From: Syntrophales bacterium
GTDB lineage: Bacteria > Desulfobacterota > Syntrophia > Syntrophales > UBA8958
NCBI GenBank assembly: GCA_035448805.1
Contig: DAOTJR010000012.1
Coordinates: 1,906-65,905 of the forward strand
Direction of reading: 5' to 3'
Length of the DNA: 64,000 bases
Under the pieces are notes generated by a model, which was not told the DNA's origin, made no database searches, and saw nothing but the letters and a program-made list of their open reading frames with translations. Positions 19,238 to 28,377 of the stretch are shown here, in pieces. The number at the start of each line of letters is the position of its first letter. Within the stretch, counting starts at the first letter, position 1. Position numbers and translations under genes: made by a program.

Positions 19238-21166
19238 GTGTATATTAAAGCCATGATCTCGATATATGTGACGATCCTTTTTTCCCTGCTGCCGATTTTC
19301 CCTCCGGGAGAGCGGATCGCCTATGGGGCGGAAGGTATCGATAACATCGCCGCCCCGGCGGTGCCGGCGCAGGGGTTGCGCAGCGAAGGCGGTAATGACG
19401 CCGCCGGCGGTGCGATTGCGGCGTCGCCTCCGTCCGGTGAGAACAGCAAGACGGCGGAGAATGTAAAGAACGGAGAAACGGGACAGCGGGAACAGGATAT
19501 CATGGAGGAGGCGCTCCAGCTCCTTTCCGAGTCCCATGACTATTGGATCAGAGGGGATGTGGAAAGCGCCATCGAGATGCTCGATCAGGCGTATGCCCTC
19601 ATCCTCGATACGGATGGAGATCCCGAAATCGCCCGCCAGAAAGACGACCTGCGTCTGCTCATCTCCAAAAGGATCCTGGCGATATACTCGGCCATGCAAT
19701 CGACGGCCAAGGGGAAGCGCGGCGAGATACCGATCATCATGAACGCCGACGTGGAAAAGGAAATCCGTTCTTTTCAAACCGGGGAGCGGGATTTCTTTAT
19801 CGCCTCATATCAGCGCTCCGGCCTTTACCGTCCCTTTATAGTTAGCGAACTGAAACGCCTGGGACTTCCGGAAGAGCTTTCATGGTTGCCGCTTGTAGAA
19901 AGCGGATATAAAATAAAGGCCTTATCTACGGCACGTGCCCTGGGGTTATGGCAGTTCATCCCGTCCACGGGTTATAAATACGGGTTGGAGCGGGATCAGT
20001 GGGTGGATGAGCGGATGGATCCCGAGAAGTCCACCCGGGCGGCAATTTCCTACCTGACCGATCTCCACGGGATGTTCGGGGACTGGCTGACCGTTCTGGC
20101 CGCCTACAATTGCGGCGAAGGCCGGGTGTTGCGGGAGATTTCCCGACAGCGCATAAATTATCTCGATCGTTTCTGGGACCTCTACCATCAACTGCCGTAT
20201 GAGACCGCCCGGTATGTGCCGAGGTTTCTGGCGACGCTTCATATCGTTCGTGACCCGAAGAAATACGGCATGGATTTGGGTGTCCCCATGAAGGATCAGA
20301 GCCGGGGGCAGGGCTATGAGACGGTCAAGACGAACAAATCGATGCGTCTTCAGGATATCGCCGTGCATTTGAATGTCCCGGAGGATGTTTTATATCAACT
20401 AAATCCGGAGTTGCGTTACATGATAACCCCGGATAAGGAGTATCTCCTGAAGGTTCCGCCGGAGGCGGTAGAAAGGTTCGCCGCCGTCGCCGAGGCCATC
20501 CCGCATTGGCAACAGCTTCCGCCGGCGCCGCGTTCCCGTCCGGTGGTGATCGTCCATCGGGTGAAAAGGGGGGAGTCCCTGGGCTCGATCGCCGGAAAAT
20601 ACCGGACCACAACGAAGGCGATCAGGAGCTGCAATCATCTCGGGGCAAAAAAGAATATCACCGTGGGGCAGTATCTTTCCATCCCTATTCAGGTCGGCAG
20701 GGCCGAGAGGAGAGATACCTATCGAACTGCCGATAGAGAGGGCAAAAGATCGGGAGGCGGTGAAAGTGTCGTCCGGTACCGGGTGAAGAAAGGCGACACC
20801 CTTTCCTCCGTGGCGGCAAAGAACGGGACATCCGTAGCGGCGATAAAGGAAGCGAACCGTATGAAAGGCGATACCCTAAAAGAGGGGCAGGTGTTGAAGA
20901 TCGTCAATGCCGCCCGCGGTAGTGTCCCCGACAGCAGCCGGGGAGGGAAAGCCGCCGGGAAGTCCGGGCAGGTGACGAAAGGAGCGAAGGCGAAAAAGTC
21001 GCCCGCCGGGGGGGGTAAGGAGAAGACATACACCGTCCGGAAAGGGGACAGCCTGTTCCGGATCGCCAAAACCCACGACATGGAGATTTCCCGCCTCCGG
21101 GCATTGAATAATTTGACCGGGGGAAAGGACCGGCTCCGGGAGGGTCAGGTCCTGATCCTCGAATGA
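19238..21166 (+). CDS. mltD: MltD-type lytic transglycosylase with LysM repeats
   Basis: SLT motifs PLVESG, GLWQFIPSTG, AAYNCGEG, ETARYV; three clear LysM repeats; AGGAG before GTG. Confidence 0.9.
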   Translation: MYIKAMISIYVTILFSLLPIFPPGERIAYGAEGIDNIAAPAVPAQGLRSEGGNDAAGGAIAASPPSGENSKTAENVKNGETGQREQDIMEEALQLLSESHDYWIRGDVESAIEMLDQAYALILDTDGDPEIARQKDDLRLLISKRILAIYSAMQSTAKGKRGEIPIIMNADVEKEIRSFQTGERDFFIASYQRSGLYRPFIVSELKRLGLPEELSWLPLVESGYKIKALSTARALGLWQFIPSTGYKYGLERDQWVDERMDPEKSTRAAISYLTDLHGMFGDWLTVLAAYNCGEGRVLREISRQRINYLDRFWDLYHQLPYETARYVPRFLATLHIVRDPKKYGMDLGVPMKDQSRGQGYETVKTNKSMRLQDIAVHLNVPEDVLYQLNPELRYMITPDKEYLLKVPPEAVERFAAVAEAIPHWQQLPPAPRSRPVVIVHRVKRGESLGSIAGKYRTTTKAIRSCNHLGAKKNITVGQYLSIPIQVGRAERRDTYRTADREGKRSGGGESVVRYRVKKGDTLSSVAAKNGTSVAAIKEANRMKGDTLKEGQVLKIVNAARGSVPDSSRGGKAAGKSGQVTKGAKAKKSPAGGGKEKTYTVRKGDSLFRIAKTHDMEISRLRALNNLTGGKDRLREGQVLILE

Positions 21167-21232
21167 GAATTTTCACCCGGCCCGCGCCGGCCGCCGTACC
21201 CCAAGGGGAGGGGCTGACGCCGCTGCCGCCCC

Positions 21233-22615
21233 CTAACCGGCCGTTTCCAGGCTCCCGGCCGCTTCTTGCCGCGCCTGGTTCAACACCCCCTCCACGAGGG
21301 TGCGGATTTCCGTGAGGCGCGCCGGTGTGGTTGCTTCGAAGCGCAGCACGAGGACCGGTTGCGTGTTCGAGGACCGCAGAAGCCCCCAGCCGTCCGCAAA
21401 AGGTATCCTCACCCCATCGATATCGATGATCGGGTAGTCTTTGCGAAAGTGTTCCTTTACCGCCTCCACCACCCGGAACTTCGCCTCGTCCGGGCAGTCG
21501 ATGCGGATCTCCGGGGTGGAATAGGTCTTGGGCACGTCGGCGATGAGATCGCCGATCTTTTGCCCGGGCGATTTCGAGAGGATCTCCAGGAGGCGAACGG
21601 CCGCATAGATGGCATCGTCGAACCCGAAATAGCGGTCGGCAAAGAAGATATGACCGCTCATTTCCCCGGCCAGCAGGGCCTTTTCTTCTTTCATCTTGCC
21701 TTTGATCAGGGAGTGTCCCGCTTTCCACATTATCGGCCGGCCGCCGTGGGCGGCGATGTCGTCGTATAGCTTCTGCGAGCACTTGACCTCGCCGATGACA
21801 GCGGCGCCGGGATTTTCCCGAAGGAGGAACCGGGAAAAAAGCAGCAGCAGCTCATCACCCCAGAGTACATCTCCCCGGTCGGTGACGACGCCGATACGGT
21901 CCGCGTCACCGTCGAAGGCGATCCCCAAGTCGGCACGTTTTTCCCGGACCACGGAGATAAGTTCCCTCAGGTTTTCCGGGACGGTAGGATCGGGGTGATG
22001 ATGGGGGAAGCGGCCGTCGGGAAGGCAGTAGAGCTCCGTGACGAGGCATCCCAGACGACGGAAGATGGGCAGGGAAAAAAGCCCACCTGTACCGTTGCCG
22101 GCATCGACGACGACATGCAGACCCGGACGGACGGTGACGTTGCCGCTGAGATAATCCTGATACACCCGGGTGACATCCCTTTTCGTCACGGTACCGCCCT
22201 CCCGGCGCTCGTATTGTCCCGCTTCCATGATCCGGCGCAGTTCCTGGATCTCGTCTCCGTAAATCGTGTCCGGGCCGATGCAGATCTTGAAACCGTTGAA
22301 ATCGGGAGGATTGTGGCTGCCCGTGACCATCACTCCTCCCTGGGCCTCATAATGGCGGATGGAAAAATAAAGCATCGGCGTGGCACACATGCCGAGATCG
22401 ATCACCGTCATGCCGGCGGCGCCGAGACCCTGCGCGATGGTTTGGGCATAACTTTCCGAACTCAGACGGCAGTCCCTCCCCAGGGTCATGACGGAGACAC
22501 CGTGGCGGCGGCCGTAGGTGCCGACGGCGAGGCCGAGGTGATAGACAAAATCCTCGTTCAGATCTTTGTCCACGAGCCCGCGGATGTCATATTCACGAAA
22601 AACCTCCTTATTCAT
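21233..22615 (-). CDS. Phosphomannomutase/phosphoglucomutase
   Basis: VTGSHNP, FDGDADR, GEMSGH, LRSSNTQP. Confidence 0.95.
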   Translation of the reverse strand: MNKEVFREYDIRGLVDKDLNEDFVYHLGLAVGTYGRRHGVSVMTLGRDCRLSSESYAQTIAQGLGAAGMTVIDLGMCATPMLYFSIRHYEAQGGVMVTGSHNPPDFNGFKICIGPDTIYGDEIQELRRIMEAGQYERREGGTVTKRDVTRVYQDYLSGNVTVRPGLHVVVDAGNGTGGLFSLPIFRRLGCLVTELYCLPDGRFPHHHPDPTVPENLRELISVVREKRADLGIAFDGDADRIGVVTDRGDVLWGDELLLLFSRFLLRENPGAAVIGEVKCSQKLYDDIAAHGGRPIMWKAGHSLIKGKMKEEKALLAGEMSGHIFFADRYFGFDDAIYAAVRLLEILSKSPGQKIGDLIADVPKTYSTPEIRIDCPDEAKFRVVEAVKEHFRKDYPIIDIDGVRIPFADGWGLLRSSNTQPVLVLRFEATTPARLTEIRTLVEGVLNQARQEAAGSLETAG

Positions 22616-22738
22616 AGCAAACCTCCGAAAATATCCTCGCCATCCCGAAGGATGTCGAGAGAGTTATGAACCCGGGCACAAGTCGCGATTGCCTTAAGGG
22701 CCGGTTTCGACATGTGGGTCTTGTCCGGCTGTCAGGCG

Positions 22739-23419
22739 TCACGCAGCGGGCGGTCCGCCCGCAAAGATGCCGGTAAGGGCGGATGCCGCGGGGAGAATCA
22801 GATCCGCGCCGGCCTGTGTGAGTTCTACCGCGGTATCGTGTCCGGTAAGGACGCCGACGGCGAACACGCCCACCTCTTTGGCGAGGGTCATATCCATGCG
22901 GTGATCCCCCACCATCGCCGCCTCCCGGGGGGGGAGTGCCAAGGCGGCGAGAACCTCTTTGAGGTGTCCCGGATGGGGCTTGACATGCGGGGTGTCGTCG
23001 CGGGTCAAAACACAGTCGACAAAGACGCCGATATCGGGGAAGACCACGCCAACGGCCTCCCGGCAGTTTCTGGTCACTATCCCCGTGCGGACCCCCCGGA
23101 CCTTCAAGGTGGAAAACAGGGTTCTGATGCCGGGGAAAAGGGAACCGCGTTTGGCCGCCGCCACCTCCATAAGCCTGATCAGGGACATGGCCTGCCGTTC
23201 ATAGTCATCCTCGTACCCGGGCAAATATTTGGAGACCTCTTGTTTTCCCGCGGCGATCATTTCCAGGACGTAAAGATGGCCAAGCCCCTCCGGAGCGATG
23301 GCGAGGCTTTGCAAATGGGCCAGTACCCGGCGGCGCATCGCGGCGAAATCGATGGTCAATCTGGCGATGGTGCCGTCGAAGTCGAATACGATGGCCTTCA
23401 AGTTCAACAGATCATACAT
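22739..23419 (-). CDS. HAD-superfamily phosphatase (phosphoglycolate phosphatase-like)
   Basis: FDFDGT motif I, VTRN motif II, KPHP, VGDHRMD motif IV. Confidence 0.88.
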   Translation of the reverse strand: MYDLLNLKAIVFDFDGTIARLTIDFAAMRRRVLAHLQSLAIAPEGLGHLYVLEMIAAGKQEVSKYLPGYEDDYERQAMSLIRLMEVAAAKRGSLFPGIRTLFSTLKVRGVRTGIVTRNCREAVGVVFPDIGVFVDCVLTRDDTPHVKPHPGHLKEVLAALALPPREAAMVGDHRMDMTLAKEVGVFAVGVLTGHDTAVELTQAGADLILPAASALTGIFAGGPPAA

Positions 23420-23431
23420 GATTTCCTGTCC

Positions 23432-24295
23432 TCAGCGGCTTCCGGCGAGATAATCCGCGGTCAATGTCTTGCTCCGTGTCCTCTTTCCCCGGAGATCGGG
23501 AAGCGTGTGGTCGAATACAATCTTGAGGAAATTCGTGATGATAAAGAAAGTGGCTCCCCAGAGAATCTCTTCGGTGCCGCCCTGCTCATGGATCAGGCAG
23601 GGAAATTCCCAGGGACCCTGATCGGCGGTGGGGAGCCCTGGGGCGGCATGGATCAGATAGCGGCCGTAGGCATTATCGTCAAAAAAGCTGGCGACGGGGA
23701 TCTCGATGAATCGGGCGACTTCCCGGTTGGGTGCGGGGGTCCAGTCCGGCCGGGCCAGGGCGACAAGGGGAAAGATAGTCCGGCTGAACAGGTGGAGCGA
23801 ATAAGTCGGCAGCGCCCCCAGGAGGGAGACGCGCAGCGGCGGCAGACGGAGTTCCTCCCATGCCTCGCGGAGGGTGTTGGCGAAAAACATGGAGACGATG
23901 TTTTCTTCCCGGCGGCCTCCCTGTTCCGCGGCGGGACCGGCGTGGGGACGGGACCCGGACAGGATGCCGCTTCTGATGAAGAGGAGGCTGAATGCCCAGT
24001 CGATGAGGGGGTGCAGCATCCCCCCGGGGCAACTGATATCACCCCCCTGGGAGGTTTGGGAAGATCTCTTGATAAGTTGAAACACCCAGATCGCATTTGC
24101 TGCGCCGGTGCGACGGACATCGGGACGTAGACAGAGCAAAAGCAGGACGCCCGCCGCCGCCCGCCGGGATGCTCCGGTGGCGTTTTCCCCTTTTATATCC
24201 TGCCATTTGGACAAAAAACCGCTCGGATTTCCGGAAAGTTTTTTGATAATCGCCAAGGGCAGCTCGCCTGTAAAAGGCAAACCGGAACGGTTCAT
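23432..24295 (-). CDS. Nudix hydrolase, CoA pyrophosphatase (NudL/Pcd1)-like, with an insertion in the Nudix box
   Basis: AGVLLLL...LIKRS...GDISCPGG...LREAWEE...PNREV...LWGAT. Confidence 0.75.
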   Translation of the reverse strand: MNRSGLPFTGELPLAIIKKLSGNPSGFLSKWQDIKGENATGASRRAAAGVLLLLCLRPDVRRTGAANAIWVFQLIKRSSQTSQGGDISCPGGMLHPLIDWAFSLLFIRSGILSGSRPHAGPAAEQGGRREENIVSMFFANTLREAWEELRLPPLRVSLLGALPTYSLHLFSRTIFPLVALARPDWTPAPNREVARFIEIPVASFFDDNAYGRYLIHAAPGLPTADQGPWEFPCLIHEQGGTEEILWGATFFIITNFLKIVFDHTLPDLRGKRTRSKTLTADYLAGSR

Positions 24296-25269
24296 GAGAA
24301 ATCCTGTGTAATCGCGTTGTCGATCCTCCGCTCATACCAGCACGAGAAATCCGGTAAAGCGATGAATCCGCAGTGGCCTCCGTATGGTTGCACGGACAGA
24401 TGCAGATTCTCCTGGGCGTGGAGTTCGTGGAAATCGATGGTGGGGATGACTGGATCGTCCCGGGAGACCATAATCGTTGTGGGAACGGACAATCCCCGGA
24501 AGGCGGGACCCACGAGGGTGTATTGACGGAAGTAATCACGAAAGTCAGAAAAATCGCGGTAGTAGATCATAATCGATTCCGTCATTTCCATACAGGAACG
24601 GGCCTTCATCAAGGGCTTAAAATCATAAAGTTCCGGGAACAGGGCCTGTTTTTTCCTCAGTGAGCGTTTCCATTTATTGAGAAAATAACGGCGGTAGACA
24701 CCCCAGCCGTTGTCGATGGCCACGGTAGCCTTGTGTGGATCCAGGGCCGGACTGATGGCGAAGACCCGGGTCAAGGCCGGGATCTCCTTTTCCCGGCTGT
24801 GTTTCAAGGCCAGGCGCAAGGCGAAATTTCCTCCCAGGGAAAAGCCGATCAGGTAAAGACGGCCGTAGGTGGGCAGGGCGGCGATATTTTGCAGGGCCTG
24901 AAAAGTTTCCCTGATGAGGGCGCCGTGAAAGAGTCCCTCGTTGAGGTGATGAGATTCTCCATGATCGCGGAGATTGAGGCGGAAGACATCGAAGCCCCGG
25001 CGGAAGAAAAAACCGGCGGTGGCAAGGATATATGTGGAGTCGGCGCTGCCTTCCCAGCCATGGATCAGGACGATGAGTCCTTTGGCGTCCCCCGTTTCCT
25101 GGCGGGTGTGGTAGCCCAAAAGGCGTACCCCTTCTCCGCAGTCGAGGACCATCGCCTTTGAGGCCCGGCGGAAATGCTCCTCTTTTCTGACGCGGATCTT
25201 GCTCCTGCCCAGAAAGGTCTGGAGATGAGGGTTGCGGAAAAAGAATCCCGGTTTAAAGGCTTCGTTCAT
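24292..25269 (-). CDS. YheT-like alpha/beta hydrolase
   Basis: NPHLQT, IHGWEGS, NLRDHG, GFSLGG nucleophile elbow, DDPVI, GGHCGF. Confidence 0.88.
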   Translation of the reverse strand: MNEAFKPGFFFRNPHLQTFLGRSKIRVRKEEHFRRASKAMVLDCGEGVRLLGYHTRQETGDAKGLIVLIHGWEGSADSTYILATAGFFFRRGFDVFRLNLRDHGESHHLNEGLFHGALIRETFQALQNIAALPTYGRLYLIGFSLGGNFALRLALKHSREKEIPALTRVFAISPALDPHKATVAIDNGWGVYRRYFLNKWKRSLRKKQALFPELYDFKPLMKARSCMEMTESIMIYYRDFSDFRDYFRQYTLVGPAFRGLSVPTTIMVSRDDPVIPTIDFHELHAQENLHLSVQPYGGHCGFIALPDFSCWYERRIDNAITQDFS

Positions 25270-25279
25270 GGCCGGTGAT

Positions 25280-25304
25280 AAAAAAGCCCGGCCTTCAGCC
25301 GGGC
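25280..25304 (-). terminator. Intrinsic terminator after tRNA-Met
   Basis: GCCCGGC-N5-GCCGGGC stem followed by T6 on the minus strand. Confidence 0.8.
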
Positions 25305-25319
25305 GGGAGCAGGTAAATT

Positions 25320-25396
25320 TGGTGGCGGTGCAGGGATTTGAACCCCGGACACTGCGGATATGAGCCGCATGCTCTGACCGACTGAGCTACACCGCC
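25320..25396 (-). tRNA. tRNA-Met (CAT), probably elongator
   Basis: GGCGGTG acceptor stem with paired G1-C72, TGCGG-CTCATAT-CCGCA anticodon arm, GGTTCAAATCC, CCA. Confidence 0.93.
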
Positions 25397-25439
25397 GCGT
25401 TGGCGACTTTCTATAACAGTTCCCCTTTCTTGTCAACTT

Positions 25440-27191
25440 CTATTGCGCGTGTATCTTGTAGGCGGCGATGACGCTTTCTCGGCCCACCAGGGAACCGGCG
25501 GAGGTGACCAGGGCCATGACGATCTCGTCCTGACCGTCGTTATCGATATCCTTGATCTGGTAATCCGCCACGTAACCGTTCATCTTGCGGGTGCGCCAGT
25601 TTTCCACCAGCCCCATGGAATCCCATTCGAGATTGTAGAACTCGCTGGCCGTAAAGACCTTGACATTCTTCAGGATCCGGGACGGGGTGAGGTTCTTGAC
25701 GACAATCAGCTCCCGTTTACCGTCCTTGTTGGTGTCGTAGGGAATGATGCGGGTATTCATGTAGGTGTTGTAGAAGGTATAATCGTTTCCCGGTATATCC
25801 TCGCCGTAGCTTTCGATATACATGTTGCTGCCGCCGAATACATCTTCGCTCTTGTAGATGAATTCCCTGCTTCCCGTCATGGATTGAACGGCATAGAGCG
25901 GCTTGTCCGTCTCCTGGTAGACGCACAGATAGTCATAATCGTTGAAGGCGATGATCTTTTCCGCACCTTCGCCGAGATTGTCGAGTGTCAGGCCGTAGAT
26001 ATTCAGGCCCCGGGGGATTTTCAATTTCGTCCCCTCGTCGTATTTGCCGTTGCGCCATACCATTTCGTAAATGTCGGTTTCGAAGGGCCGGGATACGCCG
26101 ATCTTCTGACCGAGGGCCCTCACACCCGCGGGATTGGTGTTGATCACCCGGAACAGCCAGGGGAGGTTGTTGGCGATGGTGATGAATTTGTTGTCCTTCC
26201 ACTCCAGGACAAAGGAGGACACGGTGTTGGAGATGCTGTCGGCGCCTCTCTTGGTGAGGACATTGGAGACGATGATTTCCTTTATCCCGTTGCCGTTGAG
26301 ATCGATGATGTCCACTCCTACATATTTGTTGTAATTCCCGCCGCTGATCTTGGCCAGGAGGACGGCGTCGTTGCCTTTCTTCTGATAAACAAAGACATTG
26401 GTGTCGTCGATGACGACGATCTCATTCAGGCCGTCGCCGTTGACGTCGCCAACGTCGAGGCCGCGGTAATTCGTCGGATATTTCTGGCTCATCCAGAATC
26501 CCTTCTTGTCCCGGGGCTGGGAGCCGCTGATGAAATCCGGATTGATGGCGCCGGTGAAGGTGGCCTTTTTACCGGTCCTCATCCCGGCAATGATAATGTC
26601 TTCCCGGCCCTTCTGTGTCGGTGCGGAGCCGGGGGCGGAAATTTGGGGTAAAGCGGCGGCCGGAGCGGTCACCGCCGGGAGGGGACCGGAGGCGGGAGGC
26701 GCGGTCCCGCTGATGTGCTGTTCGATCCGCTGGGCAAAGTCATTGACTTTGACGATGACATCGTCCATGCCCTGGGACTGGGTGGCGATGCTCACCGTCT
26801 GCTTTTTGGCGTCAATATCGACGAGTTTGCCGTCGATACTGACGCTGTTGCCGATTTTGGTAATCGTCCCGGCGACTACATAATCCACCGCCAGCTTCTT
26901 TCCCAGGGCGTAGACATCCGCCGGGGTCATCTCTTTCAACTTTACCGTCTTGACGACCGGATCCACGGTATCCCTACCGAGGACCACGATCTTGTCGGTG
27001 GCGGCGATACGGGTCGAGAGCATATCCTGTATGCCCTGCTGCACATAGTCGATGTTCTCGGCGCTGTTCACGGCAAAAGGAAGCACGGCCACCGTCTTTT
27101 TGTCCTTGGCTTTCAGGGGCGCGGCGATGAGGAGGAAAAGCAGCAAGGCCCCGGCGAACATCAAAAATCTCTTATTGGAGAATCTTCTCAT
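25440..27191 (-). CDS. Exported protein: TolB-N/CsgG-like N-terminal domain plus FG-GAP/VCBS repeats
   Basis: Signal peptide, TVAVLPF, then DVGDVNGDGLNEIV, DLNGNGIKEII, DTNKDGKRELIV, DIDNDGQDEIV. Confidence 0.8.
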   Translation of the reverse strand: MRRFSNKRFLMFAGALLLFLLIAAPLKAKDKKTVAVLPFAVNSAENIDYVQQGIQDMLSTRIAATDKIVVLGRDTVDPVVKTVKLKEMTPADVYALGKKLAVDYVVAGTITKIGNSVSIDGKLVDIDAKKQTVSIATQSQGMDDVIVKVNDFAQRIEQHISGTAPPASGPLPAVTAPAAALPQISAPGSAPTQKGREDIIIAGMRTGKKATFTGAINPDFISGSQPRDKKGFWMSQKYPTNYRGLDVGDVNGDGLNEIVVIDDTNVFVYQKKGNDAVLLAKISGGNYNKYVGVDIIDLNGNGIKEIIVSNVLTKRGADSISNTVSSFVLEWKDNKFITIANNLPWLFRVINTNPAGVRALGQKIGVSRPFETDIYEMVWRNGKYDEGTKLKIPRGLNIYGLTLDNLGEGAEKIIAFNDYDYLCVYQETDKPLYAVQSMTGSREFIYKSEDVFGGSNMYIESYGEDIPGNDYTFYNTYMNTRIIPYDTNKDGKRELIVVKNLTPSRILKNVKVFTASEFYNLEWDSMGLVENWRTRKMNGYVADYQIKDIDNDGQDEIVMALVTSAGSLVGRESVIAAYKIHAQ

Positions 27192-27594
27192 TTTTTCCGT
27201 CCTTTTCTTAACGATCAATCAAGAAATAAAAGCTATGCCGGTTCGATATTCGCGAATCACCTTAATTGCCGGTGCAAACCCGATCTCGAGAAAAGTATAT
27301 ATTTTTCAATGTTTCAGCAGGTTGCCGAAAAACGCCGGTCCCGGTTGTGCCTGTCCGGACCGGTCCGGACGGGGAGCGCAGGCCGACTTCTACTAACATG
27401 CCGACCCTCTAAAAACAAGCGCCAATTTGAACGGGTCGCCGTGCGGATTCTCGCGGTTGTCATGCTGTCCTGATCAACGTCCCGGCGGGGGGCGCTCGTT
27501 TCAGGACAATAACATATGCACGCATTTGCGATTGAAATGTCGGGTGCTAAGCGATTGTTTTCATGTTTCGTTTTGCCCGCGCCGGGCATGAGGG

Positions 27595-28377
27595 TCATTT
27601 CCGGAGCATGATCGCCAGGAGACCGAGATATTCATGGCCCGTCGCTTCCAGCTTCCGCAGGGAGGTCGCGTTGGGGAAAAAGCTGCCCGGTTGCAGACGG
27701 GTCCTCTTGACGGCCAGAAAGTTCGTCGGGGCCGGTACCGGATCGAGGCCGTGCCGCCGAAAGAGGGTTACGGAACGCGGCATGTGGACCGCCGAGGTGA
27801 CAAGCAGAAAGTGACTTTTGCCGATCATGGCGGCGATTTCCCGTGCCTGATCCGCGGTGTCGAGGGATTTGTCTTCCCGGAGCAGATCTTCCTCCCGTGC
27901 CCCCATCAAAAGAGCGGTCTTTGCGAGGAGGGCCGCCTCGGGTTCGTCTTGCAAGAACGCCCCGCCGGACAGCAGCAGTTTGGTCCCGGGGAGCAGGCGG
28001 TACAGACGCATCCCTTCCAGCAGGCGGGTCAGGGATTCCGGGGACAGGCGGCTGGAAAGGGGCAGATCGCCGGCGGGGTAACTTCCTCCCCCCAAAACGA
28101 CCACGAATTTGACGTCCTGACGGCGGGGAATATCTTCCGGGTTCAACAACGGAGGATAACGGCTCTCCAGAGGGGTTATGAGGGGATCGACGATGAACCC
28201 GTAGCTTGCCAGGGCCAGCAGGACCGTACCCGTGAGGATCAAGAATTTACCTGCCGGAGGTTTCTTCTTGTTCTTCCCGAGGATGAACAGGCCGGAGAGG
28301 AGGAGGACCAGAATTATGGACAGGGGCATAAAGAAAGGGGTAACGGTTTTCTTCATAAGAAAAAGGATATCCATCAA
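27595..28377 (-). CDS. YdcF/ElyC/SanA (DUF218) family protein
   Basis: N-terminal TM segments, VVLGGG, LLLSGG, SLDTADQA, LVTSAVHMPRS, HEYLG. Confidence 0.9.
   Translation of the reverse strand: MMDILFLMKKTVTPFFMPLSIILVLLLSGLFILGKNKKKPPAGKFLILTGTVLLALASYGFIVDPLITPLESRYPPLLNPEDIPRRQDVKFVVVLGGGSYPAGDLPLSSRLSPESLTRLLEGMRLYRLLPGTKLLLSGGAFLQDEPEAALLAKTALLMGAREEDLLREDKSLDTADQAREIAAMIGKSHFLLVTSAVHMPRSVTLFRRHGLDPVPAPTNFLAVKRTRLQPGSFFPNATSLRKLEATGHEYLGLLAIMLRK

Noticed and set aside
21233-22615. Phosphomannomutase as part of the MMP-like system
   Set aside because: About 16 kb away in housekeeping context; it could supply Man-1-P, but nothing in the sequence ties it to the cluster
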